DNA of 64,000 nucleotides from an uncultured Chloroflexia bacterium. GTDB taxonomy: Bacteria > Chloroflexota > Anaerolineae > CG2-30-64-16. The stretch lies in contig CAWEMM010000014.1 in assembly GCA_963810095.1 (NCBI GenBank), positions 256,001-320,000 on the forward strand, in the 5' to 3' direction. Below are positions 11,742 to 22,334 of the stretch, in pieces. Under the pieces are notes generated by a model. That model had not been told where the DNA came from. It ran no database searches and was given only the letters and a program-made list of their open reading frames with translations. Position 1 is the stretch's first letter. Each line of letters begins with the position of its first letter. The translations under genes and the position numbers were made by a program.

Positions 11742-11803
11742 CGCAGAGCGGGGGCGGGGCGCGGCCGTACGCGGCTGCCCCCTGCGCGGTGCCGCCGGTC
11801 GCG

Positions 11804-12949
11804 TCAGCCGGCCGAGTAGATTGCCAGGATGTTTTCGAGCGGCGTCTCGGGAACGGCCTCGTGCGACGGGCCGAGGACCAGCCCGCCGCGTGCGCCCCAC
11901 AGATCGCGCGCTCGCTGCACCTCTGAGCGCACCTGCTGCGGCGACCCGCTCACCAGGAGCTTTTGCACGTCGATGCCGCCGCTGATGCAGACGTCGCGCC
12001 CGTACCTGGCATAGACCGTCGCGAGGTCCATGTCGCGCGCCGAAGTTTGGACGACGTCGAAGACGTCGATCCCCGCGTCGATCATCATCGGCAGCACTTC
12101 GTGCACGCTGCCGCAGCAATGCCAGCTGAACACCAGCCCGTAGCGTTTGACCTCGGCGATCATCTCCCGGTAGAGCGGCTGGAAGTACTTCCGGAACAGC
12201 GCCGGCGCAAACATGATGTGCTCTTGCCCGGCCACGTCGTCCCACGACGCATACAGGTTGGCCGCATGACCGAAAGCCGCGAGCGAACGCCTCGAAAACT
12301 CCAGGCAGAACTCTCCGACTTCGCCGATCAGCCGCTCGGCCAGCCCCTTGTCGAGCACCATATCCATCAGGAATTGCTCCATCCCCCGCAGGTAGGAACA
12401 GATCATGAATAGGTTGTTGAGGACGCCCATGCAGACGACGTGCTGCTCGCGGCCCGCCAGCGTGTCACAGGCCAACGCGCTCTCCTCCTGCCCGTGTTTG
12501 GCCTGCCGGTTGACCATGCAGGAGAAGTCGAAGTCGGCCAACCGGTGCATCAGGAAGCCCGCAGGGAGGTCGCTCGCGCGCTCCACACGCGCAAGCGGCG
12601 GATCGGCATACGCGGGATACTCGAACCCAAGCTCGTCCACCCCGCCCGAAATCGCGGGGATGCCGAGCGTGTAGAAGTAAGCGCCGTCAGGGACGTAGCG
12701 CCCGGCCGGCGCGGGCCCCCGGTAGGCGGGCAGGAAGGTGGCCCAGGCGTCGACGCGCGAGCCCGAGGCCCAGAAGTCCGCGCCGAGACAGTCGAGAAGC
12801 GCCTCGGCCGCCCCGAGACCGCCGGCCGGATCGAGATCGAAGTGGGCCATCAAGCGGCGCACGAGGACCTTCGATCCTCGGAAATGCGTCGGGATCCGGT
12901 CGACCGGCCGGCGCCCCGCAGCAGCCAGATAGCGCTCTCTGCCGTTCAC
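11804..12949 (-). CDS. UroD/MtaA-CmuA fold protein, paralogue 1
   Basis: MNGRERY..VDRIP, YLRGMEQFLMD, WHCCG, GGIDVQ, GPSHE. Confidence 0.9.
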   Translation of the reverse strand: MNGRERYLAAAGRRPVDRIPTHFRGSKVLVRRLMAHFDLDPAGGLGAAEALLDCLGADFWASGSRVDAWATFLPAYRGPAPAGRYVPDGAYFYTLGIPAISGGVDELGFEYPAYADPPLARVERASDLPAGFLMHRLADFDFSCMVNRQAKHGQEESALACDTLAGREQHVVCMGVLNNLFMICSYLRGMEQFLMDMVLDKGLAERLIGEVGEFCLEFSRRSLAAFGHAANLYASWDDVAGQEHIMFAPALFRKYFQPLYREMIAEVKRYGLVFSWHCCGSVHEVLPMMIDAGIDVFDVVQTSARDMDLATVYARYGRDVCISGGIDVQKLLVSGSPQQVRSEVQRARDLWGARGGLVLGPSHEAVPETPLENILAIYSAG

Positions 12950-12967
12950 CTGTGTCCCCCGTCTCCG

Positions 12968-14515
12968 TCAGCCCAGGAAGCGGTCGTAGAGTTGATGGTT
13001 GACCGGCGCCAGGGCGCCGTAGAGCTGCTTGTAGATCGGGAAGAGCTCGGCGTAGCGAGCGGTCACCTTGAGATCCGGCTCGAAGGTCACGCCCGGCTTC
13101 CACACATGCTCGAAGGCATCCTGTTCGTCCCGGTAGATGCCGACCCCGATGCCCCCCAGCAGGGCGGCGCCCATCGGCGTTGCGTCTTCCACCGCGGGCA
13201 CTTCGATCACCTGCCCGACCATGTCCGCCTTGTTCTGCATCCAGAACTTGTTGCGCACCGCACCGCCGACGACCACCAGCTTCTCGAACGGGACGTTCAT
13301 CTCGTTCTGCATCGTCTTCACGACGTCGAGGAACTGGTAGTCCAGCCCTTCGATGATCGCGCGCAGCATATCGCCCTTTTCGACAAAGTTGCTTAACCCC
13401 ACAAAGCCGGCCAGCGAGCGGTTGTCCACCGTCGGGCAGCCCGCGCCCGACATGTGGGGGAGGAACATGACCCCACGCGCACCCACGGGAGACTGGGCCG
13501 CCTCCGCCATCAGGTAATCCCAGTCCACACCGCCCGAGGTCTCCGCCTGGCGCTTGGCCTCGAACCCGTACTGCTTGCGATACCACTCCAGCATGTCGGA
13601 CGAGACTGCGCCGCCCCAGACGGCAAACAGGTTCCGCGCGACATGCGCCTCCACGGTCACCCCGGCCCGCTGCGCCTGGGGCGTGAGGACGGGGGCCGGC
13701 GTCGAGGCCAGAACGACTTCCCAGGTGCCGCTGACGTCGAGGATGGCGCCCGGCTTGATGGCGCCGACCGGCAGCGCGCCGCACAGATAGTCGTGCCCTC
13801 CGAGCACGACGGGCGTGCCGGGCGCCAGCCCTGTGGCCTCCGCCGCATCCGGCGTAACGCCGCCGATGACCGTGCCGCTGGGGAACGCATCGCAGAGAAT
13901 CCGCCTGTCAATCCCCGACAGGGCCAACATCTCGTCCGACCAATTCAGGTTGCACTGGTCGAACAAGAGCGTGCACGAGGCCATGGTGTAATCTGTCGCG
14001 GCGACGCCGCACAGCATGTAATTAACGAAATCCTCGATGAGCAGCCACTTGTGCGTTCGCTTCAGGATCTCGGGCTCGTGCTCGGCCATCCACAGCAGCC
14101 GCAGCGCGGTGGAGAAGCGCCAGAGCGTGTTGCCGCCAATCGAGAAGGTCTTTTCCGCGCCGATGTGCTTGACCCACCAGTCAAACTGCGGCTGAGTGCG
14201 CGGGCAGTGCCAGCTGATCATGGGGTAGAGCCAGTTCCCGTGTTCGTCGATGGGCAGGCCGTCCATCCCCATGCCGGTGACCGCAATCGCTTTTACGTCG
14301 CGCGGATCGCCGACCGCGGCCATGGCATCCTTCAGCGCGGCCGCGCTTCCGCCCCAGATCTGTTCGGGCTGCCACACGGTCCACTCGGGGTGGAGCGGAT
14401 CGGGATGGAAGCGTTCGGTTGGCCGCGAGCCGCTCGCGATGACATTGCCCTGCGTATCGTAGATGACGGCCTTGAGGCTGGTCGAGCCCAGGTCAATCCC
14501 TGCCAGATAAGCCAT
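12968..14515 (-). CDS. FGGY family carbohydrate kinase
   Basis: GIDLGSTSLKA, GGHD, SGTW, FLPHMSG, VVGGAVRN. Confidence 0.95.
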   Translation of the reverse strand: MAYLAGIDLGSTSLKAVIYDTQGNVIASGSRPTERFHPDPLHPEWTVWQPEQIWGGSAAALKDAMAAVGDPRDVKAIAVTGMGMDGLPIDEHGNWLYPMISWHCPRTQPQFDWWVKHIGAEKTFSIGGNTLWRFSTALRLLWMAEHEPEILKRTHKWLLIEDFVNYMLCGVAATDYTMASCTLLFDQCNLNWSDEMLALSGIDRRILCDAFPSGTVIGGVTPDAAEATGLAPGTPVVLGGHDYLCGALPVGAIKPGAILDVSGTWEVVLASTPAPVLTPQAQRAGVTVEAHVARNLFAVWGGAVSSDMLEWYRKQYGFEAKRQAETSGGVDWDYLMAEAAQSPVGARGVMFLPHMSGAGCPTVDNRSLAGFVGLSNFVEKGDMLRAIIEGLDYQFLDVVKTMQNEMNVPFEKLVVVGGAVRNKFWMQNKADMVGQVIEVPAVEDATPMGAALLGGIGVGIYRDEQDAFEHVWKPGVTFEPDLKVTARYAELFPIYKQLYGALAPVNHQLYDRFLG

Positions 14516-14555
14516 GCCTGCACCTCCCTGTGTCCGCTACCGCGGCTTGTCGCGC

Positions 14556-15581
14556 TCAGTATCGCCCGAACTGCCGAAGCGTCTGCATCATTGCCGCGTA
14601 GTTTTCCGGCTTCACGCCCGAGTGAATGCTGTTGCTCGAGGACAAGATGTAGCCGCCGCCCGGCATGCCCTCGCGCAGCGCCTGCTTGGTGGCCTCTACC
14701 GTCTCTTCCACGCTGCCGAAGGTCAGCAGGTCGGCGCAGTCGACGTTGCCCTTGATGGCGATGCGATGGCCGTACTTCGCCTTGACCTCAGGAATGCTCA
14801 TGCCGCCCTTTGGGTCGATCGGATCGAGGCAGTCGATGCCCGAGTCGATGATCATATCCAGGATGGGCCACAGGTTGCCGTCGGTGTGCTTGATCACCAG
14901 CAGCCCGAGGTCCTTGTAGCCGCCCATGACCCGGCAGAGCCCGGGATAAAACAGCTTGCGGAAATGGCGGGGCGACATCAGCGGTCCTTTGCTCGAACAA
15001 TAGTCGTCGCCCGTATAGACGATCTTCACGCCCCGCGCCACTAACTCCTTGGCCATGACGAGGTTAATGTCCACCGACATGTCGACGAGTCCCTGGACTA
15101 ACGCAGGCTCGCCCGCAATCGCCATGAGCAGGTTCTCCATGCCCATGAGATAGCGCGGGAGCGAGAAGACGTCGTTGAGGTGCACGACGACCGCGTATTG
15201 GTCGCCGTATTCGGCAAGCGCCTTCTCTACCGACGCATAGCGGCCCGGCTTCAATGGGTCAGGCGGCGCATAGCGCTCGAAGTCCGCCATCGTCGCGATG
15301 GGCGACTCCACTTCGATGCCATGTTCCTCCTGCGTCTTCTGGCCCACGTAGCCCCACTCGCTGCGATAGCGCCCATCTTCGAGCGGCTCTTTCGTGAAAT
15401 TGGGGTCGACGAGGACCGCGTCGTGGCCCATCCGAACCGCGAAATCATTGTGATCGCGACAGCCCGGCAGCAGCGCGTCGCGCACCTTCCGGTCGACCAG
15501 CCATTCAAAGTGTGGCACCCGGTCTGGCTCCTGTCGCTGCAGCGCGGCCATGACGCGTTCTTTTGAGGTCATTTCGGACAA
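14556..15581 (-). CDS. UroD/MtaA-CmuA fold protein, paralogue 2
   Basis: MTSKERV..EPDRVP, EWG, GDD, KHTDG, GNVD, GGGYILSSSNSI. Confidence 0.9.
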   Translation of the reverse strand: MSEMTSKERVMAALQRQEPDRVPHFEWLVDRKVRDALLPGCRDHNDFAVRMGHDAVLVDPNFTKEPLEDGRYRSEWGYVGQKTQEEHGIEVESPIATMADFERYAPPDPLKPGRYASVEKALAEYGDQYAVVVHLNDVFSLPRYLMGMENLLMAIAGEPALVQGLVDMSVDINLVMAKELVARGVKIVYTGDDYCSSKGPLMSPRHFRKLFYPGLCRVMGGYKDLGLLVIKHTDGNLWPILDMIIDSGIDCLDPIDPKGGMSIPEVKAKYGHRIAIKGNVDCADLLTFGSVEETVEATKQALREGMPGGGYILSSSNSIHSGVKPENYAAMMQTLRQFGRY

Positions 15582-15636
15582 TTGATTAACCCTCCGTTGC
15601 TGTGCTGGTGCCGGCTGCGCTCGACTCTCACTGTGG

Positions 15637-16599
15637 TCAGCACAGAGCGAGGACCGCTTCTGCCGCCAGATCGTCGATGATTAGCCAGTCGATGACGCCG
15701 CTGCGTACGGCGCCAAGGATCGCGGGGGCCTTGGCCTTTCCCGAGGCCACCGCGATGACGTTCGGGAAGCGGTTGAGGTCGGTCCAGTCGACGCCGATAA
15801 CGCAGGAGTTGAACCAGGGAATCTCCACGTACTCCCCGTTCAAATCATAAAAGGAGGAACAGACCGCCCCGACAACCCCCTGGCGGTCAAGCCGCCGGAG
15901 TTCCTCGTATGAGATGTAGCCTGAGTGATACTGGGTCGAAACCCCGGGAACGATGGAGCCGATGCCGACCAGGGCAATATCCGACTGTTTTGCCAGCTCC
16001 AGCACCTCGCGCACCGACCGGTCTTCCCGCAGCGCCTCCGCGACGCTTGCACTATCCACTCGCATGGGTGCGTTAAGGTAGTAGTGCTGTGCGCCGAAGA
16101 TCTCGCCTGCTCGCCGCACCTGCTCCGGGCCGTCGATCGTCGCATGTGGCGCGCCCACCCCCCCGAGCAACTGCACGACCTTGAGGTTTGGCAGGCGCTT
16201 CGGCCGCAATTCACGTATTACGGTATGCACCGTGGTCCCCCACGACAGGCCGAGCGTCATCCCGTCGTGGAGCATCCTGTCGAGGGCGGTCACGGCGAGG
16301 CGGCCCAGTTGGCGGCGCACTTCATCGTCGCTGGTGTTCCGGCACTCGACGACCGACACTTCCTTCAGGGCAAAGGTGCGGGTGAACCGCTCCTCCAACT
16401 CGGGCACGGTCGGTATGGGTGGGTGCACCCGTATTTCGACGATGCCAAGCTCGCGCGCCTCGAGAAGGAGTCGCGAGATTGACGGCCGCGACAGGCCCAC
16501 CAACTTCGCGATTTCATCCTGAGAGAGGCCGTCGGCGTAATAGCGCTGGGCGATCTCTGCGATCAACTGCAGACGGTCAAGCGATAGCTGCTCTGCCAT
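15637..16599 (-). CDS. SorC/DeoR family sugar-binding transcriptional regulator
   Basis: YY.DGLSQDEIA..VGLSRPSISRLL.EARE.GIVEI HTH; GLSWGTT; ALVGIG. Confidence 0.95.
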   Translation of the reverse strand: MAEQLSLDRLQLIAEIAQRYYADGLSQDEIAKLVGLSRPSISRLLLEARELGIVEIRVHPPIPTVPELEERFTRTFALKEVSVVECRNTSDDEVRRQLGRLAVTALDRMLHDGMTLGLSWGTTVHTVIRELRPKRLPNLKVVQLLGGVGAPHATIDGPEQVRRAGEIFGAQHYYLNAPMRVDSASVAEALREDRSVREVLELAKQSDIALVGIGSIVPGVSTQYHSGYISYEELRRLDRQGVVGAVCSSFYDLNGEYVEIPWFNSCVIGVDWTDLNRFPNVIAVASGKAKAPAILGAVRSGVIDWLIIDDLAAEAVLALC

Positions 16600-16660
16600 G
16601 CTCTTACCTCTGAACCCGTATTCGACTCGTTGCGTGCCACTTCACAATATTATCACAGAC

Positions 16661-17662
16661 TCATGCTTCGGCCTGGGTTAAGACGCGCTCCGCTGCTGCG
16701 TCATCCGTTACGAGCACATCCGGGATTCCGGTTCGCAGCGCGCCCAGGATCGCGTCGGCCTTCCCACGCCCACCTGCGACGGCCAAAACCGTCCCGTACT
16801 GCTGCAGATGATCCCAACTCGGCCCGATGGTACACGCCTCGAGCCTGTGCAGTGGCGTGCGGCGCCCCTGCAGGTCGAAGTAGTATTGGCAAAACGCGCC
16901 CACCGACCCTCGGGCGCGCAGATCGTCCAGCTCGGACAGCGAGACGTAGCCCGCCTGGTGCGTCGTGCTGGTCTCCGCCTCGGTCGTGCCGATCCCGAGC
17001 AGCGCGATGTCGGAGCGCCCTGCCAGCTCCAACACCTCGGCGATCGAGTGGTCAGAGCGCAGCGCCGCCGCCACCTCGGCGGAGCTGACGATGAGGGGAG
17101 CATTGATGTAGAAGTGCTGGGCCTGCAGGACGGCCGCGGCCCTGCGCACTTGCTCGGCCGCGTCGATCTGCCGGTAGCTCATTCCCACGCTGCCGACCAG
17201 TTGGACGACTCGCACGCCGGTCAGCGCCCTTGGAGACAGCGCCCTCACTACGGCCTGGCTCGCCGTGCCCCAAGCGATGCCGACGACCATATTATCCTTG
17301 AGCAGTTCGCCCAAGACAAGCGCCCCCAGGCTGCCCAGGAGCGACAGCACCTCCGCGTCGGTGGCCGTCCGGCGCGCCAGCACGCGCGCCCCGCGCAGCC
17401 CGAAACAGCGGACGAGCCGCGTCTCCAACTCGGGCACGGTGGGGATGGGCGGCTTCAGGCTGATCTCCACAATGCCGAGCTTCTTGGCTTCGTCGAGCAG
17501 GCGGGCGACCGCGGACCTTGAAATTCCTGCGCGCGCGCCGACTTGCTCCTGCGACAGCCCTTCGAGGTAGTACCACTGCGCGACGTCGGCCGTCAGCCGG
17601 AGCCTGTGCCCACTCTCGGGCCCCACGTTGGGCATATCGAGCACCTCACCGATCAGGGACAC
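16661..17662 (-). CDS. SorC/DeoR family regulator, paralogue 2
   Basis: YYLEGLSQ..SRSAVARLL..GIVEI; GIAWGT; LVTD; shares PPIPTVPELE with paralogue 1. Confidence 0.93.
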   Translation of the reverse strand: MSLIGEVLDMPNVGPESGHRLRLTADVAQWYYLEGLSQEQVGARAGISRSAVARLLDEAKKLGIVEISLKPPIPTVPELETRLVRCFGLRGARVLARRTATDAEVLSLLGSLGALVLGELLKDNMVVGIAWGTASQAVVRALSPRALTGVRVVQLVGSVGMSYRQIDAAEQVRRAAAVLQAQHFYINAPLIVSSAEVAAALRSDHSIAEVLELAGRSDIALLGIGTTEAETSTTHQAGYVSLSELDDLRARGSVGAFCQYYFDLQGRRTPLHRLEACTIGPSWDHLQQYGTVLAVAGGRGKADAILGALRTGIPDVLVTDDAAAERVLTQAEA

Positions 17663-17692
17663 GGCATATGCAAAATGCCTTGTCCCTACACT

Positions 17693-18886
17693 CTAGTGGT
17701 CCATCGCCAATAGGAACTCCCGCGAGTAGGCGCGTTCGATAGGATACCGTCCGTATTCCACTCCGGCACGGGCAAGCGCCAGGGCATTCTGGCCCGGCAC
17801 GTCGGCCTGCAGGTTGTGAGTGGGGCACAGAATGTACCCCCCGCCCGGCGCGAACGACTCGATCTTTTGCCGCACCTCGGCGCTGACCTGCTCCTCAGTC
17901 CCGAAGGGGATGACTCCCTGCGTGTCCAACCCGCCGTGGAAGGAGATCCGGTCGCCGTAGGCTTCTTTCAGGCCCAGCGCGTTCATGCCTCGGGCGCGCG
18001 TCTGCACCGGGTCCAGCACGTCGACCCCAATCTCGATCAGGTCCGGGATGATCGGCGCCACCGCGCCGCACGTGTGCAGCATCAGCTTGCACTCGTAGTT
18101 CCCCAGGTCGGCCAGTCGTTCCTTCACCGCACAGTACACGTCGGCCAGGATGGGCTTGACCAGGCTGCGGAACACCCGAGGCGAGATGAGCATGCCCGTC
18201 TGGATTCCGAAATCCTCGCCGCCCAGGCGGACCACCGACAGGTACTTGCCGATGTGCTTCAGCCCTTCCAGATACACCTGCTTCTGGATGGCCGCGACGC
18301 GGGTCATGAGCTCTCGGCAGAAGTCGGGGTCGGTCGCCACGTACATCAGCCAGTCGGCCTGGCCGGCCATGTAGTTGCCCATCTCCCAGATGTTGTCGCC
18401 GAGCCGCCCGCACAGCGCGTAGTCCGTCGTCTTGTACAGGTGTTGCACCTGGTCGCCCACCCCTTCATAGCGGGCGGGGTCCAGTGGATTGGGCCACGCA
18501 TACGCGTCGAGCAATTCGAGCCGTGGCGCCTTGATGGGCCAGTCGTGGATTTCGAACTGGTCGCCCTGGTCGGGCCGGGTCACCTTCCTGAAGGTCACGC
18601 CCCACTCGTCCGACCACTCGTCCATGGCGAAGCTGAAAGGCGCCCGGTTAGCGGGGCCGCGCACGCCGACCCAAACGAAGTCGACGCTCAGACGCTCGAT
18701 CACGTCGAGGCCCGGCTTCACGCGATCCCAGACGTCGGGCTTCAGGACCTCGTCAGGCAGGCCCAGGGCGTGCCGGGCGGCAGCATAAGGCACCTTGGTC
18801 CAGGTGATGTCGATGGGAACGCGGTCGGGCTCCTGATGATTGAGGGCCAGCCGCACGCGCTCTCGGGATGTTAGCTCTGATCTCAT
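17693..18886 (-). CDS. UroD/MtaA-CmuA fold protein, paralogue 3
   Basis: TSRERV..EPDRVP, DEWG, GEDFG, LHTCG, FHGGLDTQ, GGGYILCPTHN. Confidence 0.92.
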   Translation of the reverse strand: MRSELTSRERVRLALNHQEPDRVPIDITWTKVPYAAARHALGLPDEVLKPDVWDRVKPGLDVIERLSVDFVWVGVRGPANRAPFSFAMDEWSDEWGVTFRKVTRPDQGDQFEIHDWPIKAPRLELLDAYAWPNPLDPARYEGVGDQVQHLYKTTDYALCGRLGDNIWEMGNYMAGQADWLMYVATDPDFCRELMTRVAAIQKQVYLEGLKHIGKYLSVVRLGGEDFGIQTGMLISPRVFRSLVKPILADVYCAVKERLADLGNYECKLMLHTCGAVAPIIPDLIEIGVDVLDPVQTRARGMNALGLKEAYGDRISFHGGLDTQGVIPFGTEEQVSAEVRQKIESFAPGGGYILCPTHNLQADVPGQNALALARAGVEYGRYPIERAYSREFLLAMDH

Positions 18887-20043
18887 TACCCGCTCACTGC
18901 CATGGAATGCAAGGGATAGGCGCCATAGGTGCGCCAGCCGTCAAAGAATGCAAGTATGTTCTCGAGCGGCACGTCGTCGCCGATGTTGTGTGATGGGGCC
19001 AGGATGTAGCCGCCGCCCGGACCGAGCTGCTCGATCCGCACGCGCACTTCCTCGCGCACCTCGTCGGGCCGGCCCGCGGGCAGCAGGTGCTGCGCGTCGA
19101 CTCCACCCAGAAAACACAGGCGGTCGCCGTACTCGGCCTTGATGATGGCTGGATCCATTCCCTTTGCGGCCACCTGGATCGGGTTCAGGATGTCGACGCC
19201 GATCTCGACCAGGTCGGGGAGGAACCGGCGGATGGACCCACAGGTGTGATACATGACCCGAACGCGAGGCGAATGAGCCTTGATCGCCCGGATCAGGTCG
19301 GCGTGGGCGGGCTTGAGCAGCGCCCGGTAGGTTGCGGGCGAAATCAGGGGCCCGCCCTGGGTGCCCAAGTCGTCACCCATCTCGACCCATTCGACGAAAT
19401 CGCCGACCGCGTCGAGCTGCGCGAGATATAGCGCCTTCAGCCCCTCCTCCACCCGCCAGAACAGCGCCTCCGCGAACTCGGGCTGGAGCACCATATCGGT
19501 CAGCAGTTGCTCGGTCCCGCGCAGCACCTGGCAAAGTTCGAATAGCCCGTTGTACTTGGGCCGGTAGGCCGCGAGCGCATAGTCGGTCTCGCGGTAAAGC
19601 CGCTGGGCCTCCTCGCGCAGGCCCTCCCACCGGGCCGGGTCGCGCGCATCGGGGAGAGGAAGGTCCGCGAGGCTTTGGATCGTGGCGCCGGCAAGCGGAT
19701 GGTTCGTGTACTCGTACATCATGCCGTCGCCGTGCTCGCGGTAGATCAGCCCCCAGTCGTAGAACCAGCCCCCGCCGGGCGCCGGGTGCTGGCGGAACCC
19801 GGTGGGCGGGCGCATGTACAGGAAGCGCACGTCTGTGCCCAGCGCATCGAGCACCCGGTTGTCAAGGCGCATCAACTGCGGCCCCACCAGCACAGCCGGT
19901 GTCTCGCCCCGGATGCTGAAATGCTGCTTGAGAAGCTCGATGCGTGACTCGGTGATCTTGCCGCCCGTCCCGCCCACGCAGACCGGGACCCGGTCCGGCT
20001 CTCGATGCTCCAGCGCGGCGCGTACACGCTCGCGCGATGTCAT
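18886..20043 (-). CDS. UroD/MtaA-CmuA fold protein, paralogue 4
   Basis: MTSRERV..EPDRVP, GDDLGTQ, YHTCG, LNPIQ, GGGYILAPSHN. Confidence 0.92.
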   Translation of the reverse strand: MTSRERVRAALEHREPDRVPVCVGGTGGKITESRIELLKQHFSIRGETPAVLVGPQLMRLDNRVLDALGTDVRFLYMRPPTGFRQHPAPGGGWFYDWGLIYREHGDGMMYEYTNHPLAGATIQSLADLPLPDARDPARWEGLREEAQRLYRETDYALAAYRPKYNGLFELCQVLRGTEQLLTDMVLQPEFAEALFWRVEEGLKALYLAQLDAVGDFVEWVEMGDDLGTQGGPLISPATYRALLKPAHADLIRAIKAHSPRVRVMYHTCGSIRRFLPDLVEIGVDILNPIQVAAKGMDPAIIKAEYGDRLCFLGGVDAQHLLPAGRPDEVREEVRVRIEQLGPGGGYILAPSHNIGDDVPLENILAFFDGWRTYGAYPLHSMAVSG

Positions 20044-20065
20044 GGCGCACATAGCGCGCCGCCTC

Positions 20066-21339
20066 CTAGCGGCCCAGCAGAGAGAACAGCTTGTACAGCA
20101 CCCAGATGCGCAGGTCGCCGCCCCCGTCCCAGCTGGTGACCTGGACGCCTGCCGCCGCCAGGTCCTTCGGGATGATGCCGTAGAGATTGGCCCAGAAGGT
20201 GTAGGGCTCTGCCATGGCGGTCGCGGCAAGCCCGTAGAGCACGACCAGGACCGAGCAGATGATCAGGTTGTGGATGATATTGCCCTTGGTCCAGCCGGTG
20301 ATGTGGGCCATCCACCACTGGATGATTTGCACGCTGATGACGGGGAACAAGCCAATGCCGGGCACGAACACGGAGAGCAGAAACGCGATGGGGTACATTA
20401 GCGTGGTCGACACGCCGACGCTCGGATGACCCAGCAGAACGCTGGTGTCGACCGCGACGTATATCTCGCGCTTGCCCTTGAAGAACTTGACCAGGAGTCT
20501 ACGCATGCCCTCGTTGAAGACGGACCAGCCCTCGAACGTGACGCCGAGCGCCATCGGCCAGACGTGGAACATCATGCCCGAGACGATGCCCACGAGCATG
20601 GCCCGCAGGATGTCAAACCCGGCGAGCAGGCCGAGGACAAGGCCGGTGATGAACCCGAGCACCAGCGGCTCGGCGAAGAAGCCCAGCCTCTCCTGGACCT
20701 TGTCGCCCTGGATGTTCCAGCTCTTGAGCCCCGGAATGCGGGCGAGAATCCAGGCAAGGGGAACGGCGACGATGAAGGCATTCTGCGAGTTGGGGAAGCT
20801 GGCGGAAGATGAGAACTCGTGGAAGTCCTGGAGGCGCTTGGCGTTCCAGTCGGCCAGCAGCACGTCGCTGATCAGGAAGATGATCATGGCGACGGTGCCC
20901 CAGATGTAGCTCTTGGTCACGTACCACACGACCATGCCGGTCCAGACCCCGCGCCACATGCAGGGGAAATCGACGTACAGGGTCTTGGTGACGCGAACCA
21001 GATCAGCCCGATGTTCACCCCGACGAAGATCAGGATATTGATCCAGATCATCGGGTTGACCAGCACCATGGCTGCGTTGGTCCAGCCGACGTCGACGAGG
21101 GTTAGCTTGCTGAAGGAGCCGCCCAGGCGCTGGGCCGCGCCCTGGACGGCGGGATTGAAGAAGGTGATTGCCAGGTAGCTGATCGCGATCATGGCAAGCG
21201 AGCCCATGGCTACCTTGATGCCGCCCTGGATGCCTTTCTTGACGGGTTGGCGAATGATGACGGACAAGAGGAAGACGACGATGGTGCTGGCTGCGATGGC
21301 GGGGATCGCCATGCCATTGTTGAGAAAGTCGAGGTTCAT
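20066..21339 (-). CDS. PTS galactitol-family EIIC component (frameshift near 20990)
   Basis: Multi-TM protein with VDVGW, ERLGFFAEPLVLGFI.G, EIYVAVD...LGHP motifs of GatC-like permeases; GGAGG RBS. Confidence 0.8.
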
Positions 21340-21425
21340 ACAGCCCCTCCTGAGCCGCTTAGGGTGGATGAGTGGATCCCGACAGAAGCTGTAAATGGCG
21401 CGGTCAAGCATGCCGGCGCGGCGCC

Positions 21426-21502
21426 TCACACAAAGAACCGAAGAACTCAAAGTTTCGCAAAGGCGCTTTGTGAACCTTCGCTGTCCTCGGTCCTTTGTGT
21501 GA
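21426..21502. repeat. palindrome with 8-10-nt periodic ...AAG arms
   Basis: TCACACAAAG-AACCGAAG-AACTCAAAG...CTTCG..CTCGGTC-CTTTGTGTGA. Confidence 0.75.
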
Positions 21503-21544
21503 ACAATCTCCAGCCGGAATGCCACGTTGCGGCGGTGCGAGCGA

Positions 21545-21832
21545 CTAATTGGCCCGGACGAGCCGGACGACCTCGTCCAGCGCGTCGTCGCCGTCGAGGC
21601 CCATGACGAACTCCGAGCCGTCGATAATGGGGACGCCCAGGTTCTGGCGGATCTTGACGGTCGTAACGACGCACAGGGCATCCTGCGCGGCCGTCGCCAG
21701 CTCAGGCACCTTCGCGCAGACGACTTCCACGCCGGTGATCTTTTCTTTTTTGAGGCGTTCTCGCACCTTTTCGGCCACGAGCGGCGCCATCGAGGCAGCC
21801 AGACCGCAGGCAGTGACGATCTTCTTTGACAT
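21545..21832 (-). CDS. PTS EIIB component (galactitol/lactose-type)
   Basis: MSKKIVTACGLAAS phosphorylatable Cys loop; VVTT; VPIIDG..FVMG; AAAGGAG RBS. Confidence 0.85.
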   Translation of the reverse strand: MSKKIVTACGLAASMAPLVAEKVRERLKKEKITGVEVVCAKVPELATAAQDALCVVTTVKIRQNLGVPIIDGSEFVMGLDGDDALDEVVRLVRAN

Positions 21833-21845
21833 CGAATCCTCTCCT

Positions 21846-22331
21846 TTAAGGCATGGACTGGGCAAGCTCGGCGTTGACCTGGCTTGCGATCTGGGCAGCG
21901 TCAGTGGAAGCGTAGAGACGGCGCAGTGCCGCCTCCTCCCGGTAGACCGAAACGAGCGAGCGCAGCAGGTAGACCTGCGCCTCGGGCTCGGTTACCGACA
22001 ACATAAACACGATTGAAACGTCGAGTTGGCTCTCGGGATCGCCGAGCTGCCCAAACAGTACCGGATGGGCGAGGGTGGCGATCCCAATTCCCGGCTTGAG
22101 CGTATGCTCAATGTCCGCATGGGGGATTGCGGTGCCCAAACCGGGCGTGGGGAGCCCGGTAGGCGACGTCTGCTCGCGCACGATGGCTGCCGTGATGAAG
22201 CTCGGCAGGACGTAGCCATGCTCGACCATCACGCGGCCCAGTCGCTCGATGACCTCGTCGGGGGTTGCCGCTTGCAGGCGGACGATGACGAGCTCCTCGG
22301 GCACCCGGAACGGCGCTTTTGCGGCAGCCAT
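21846..22331 (-). CDS. PTS EIIA component (PTS_EIIA_2)
   Basis: REQTSPTGLP...AIPHAD phospho-His motif. Confidence 0.92.
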   Translation of the reverse strand: MAAAKAPFRVPEELVIVRLQAATPDEVIERLGRVMVEHGYVLPSFITAAIVREQTSPTGLPTPGLGTAIPHADIEHTLKPGIGIATLAHPVLFGQLGDPESQLDVSIVFMLSVTEPEAQVYLLRSLVSVYREEAALRRLYASTDAAQIASQVNAELAQSMP

Positions 22332-22334
22332 CGC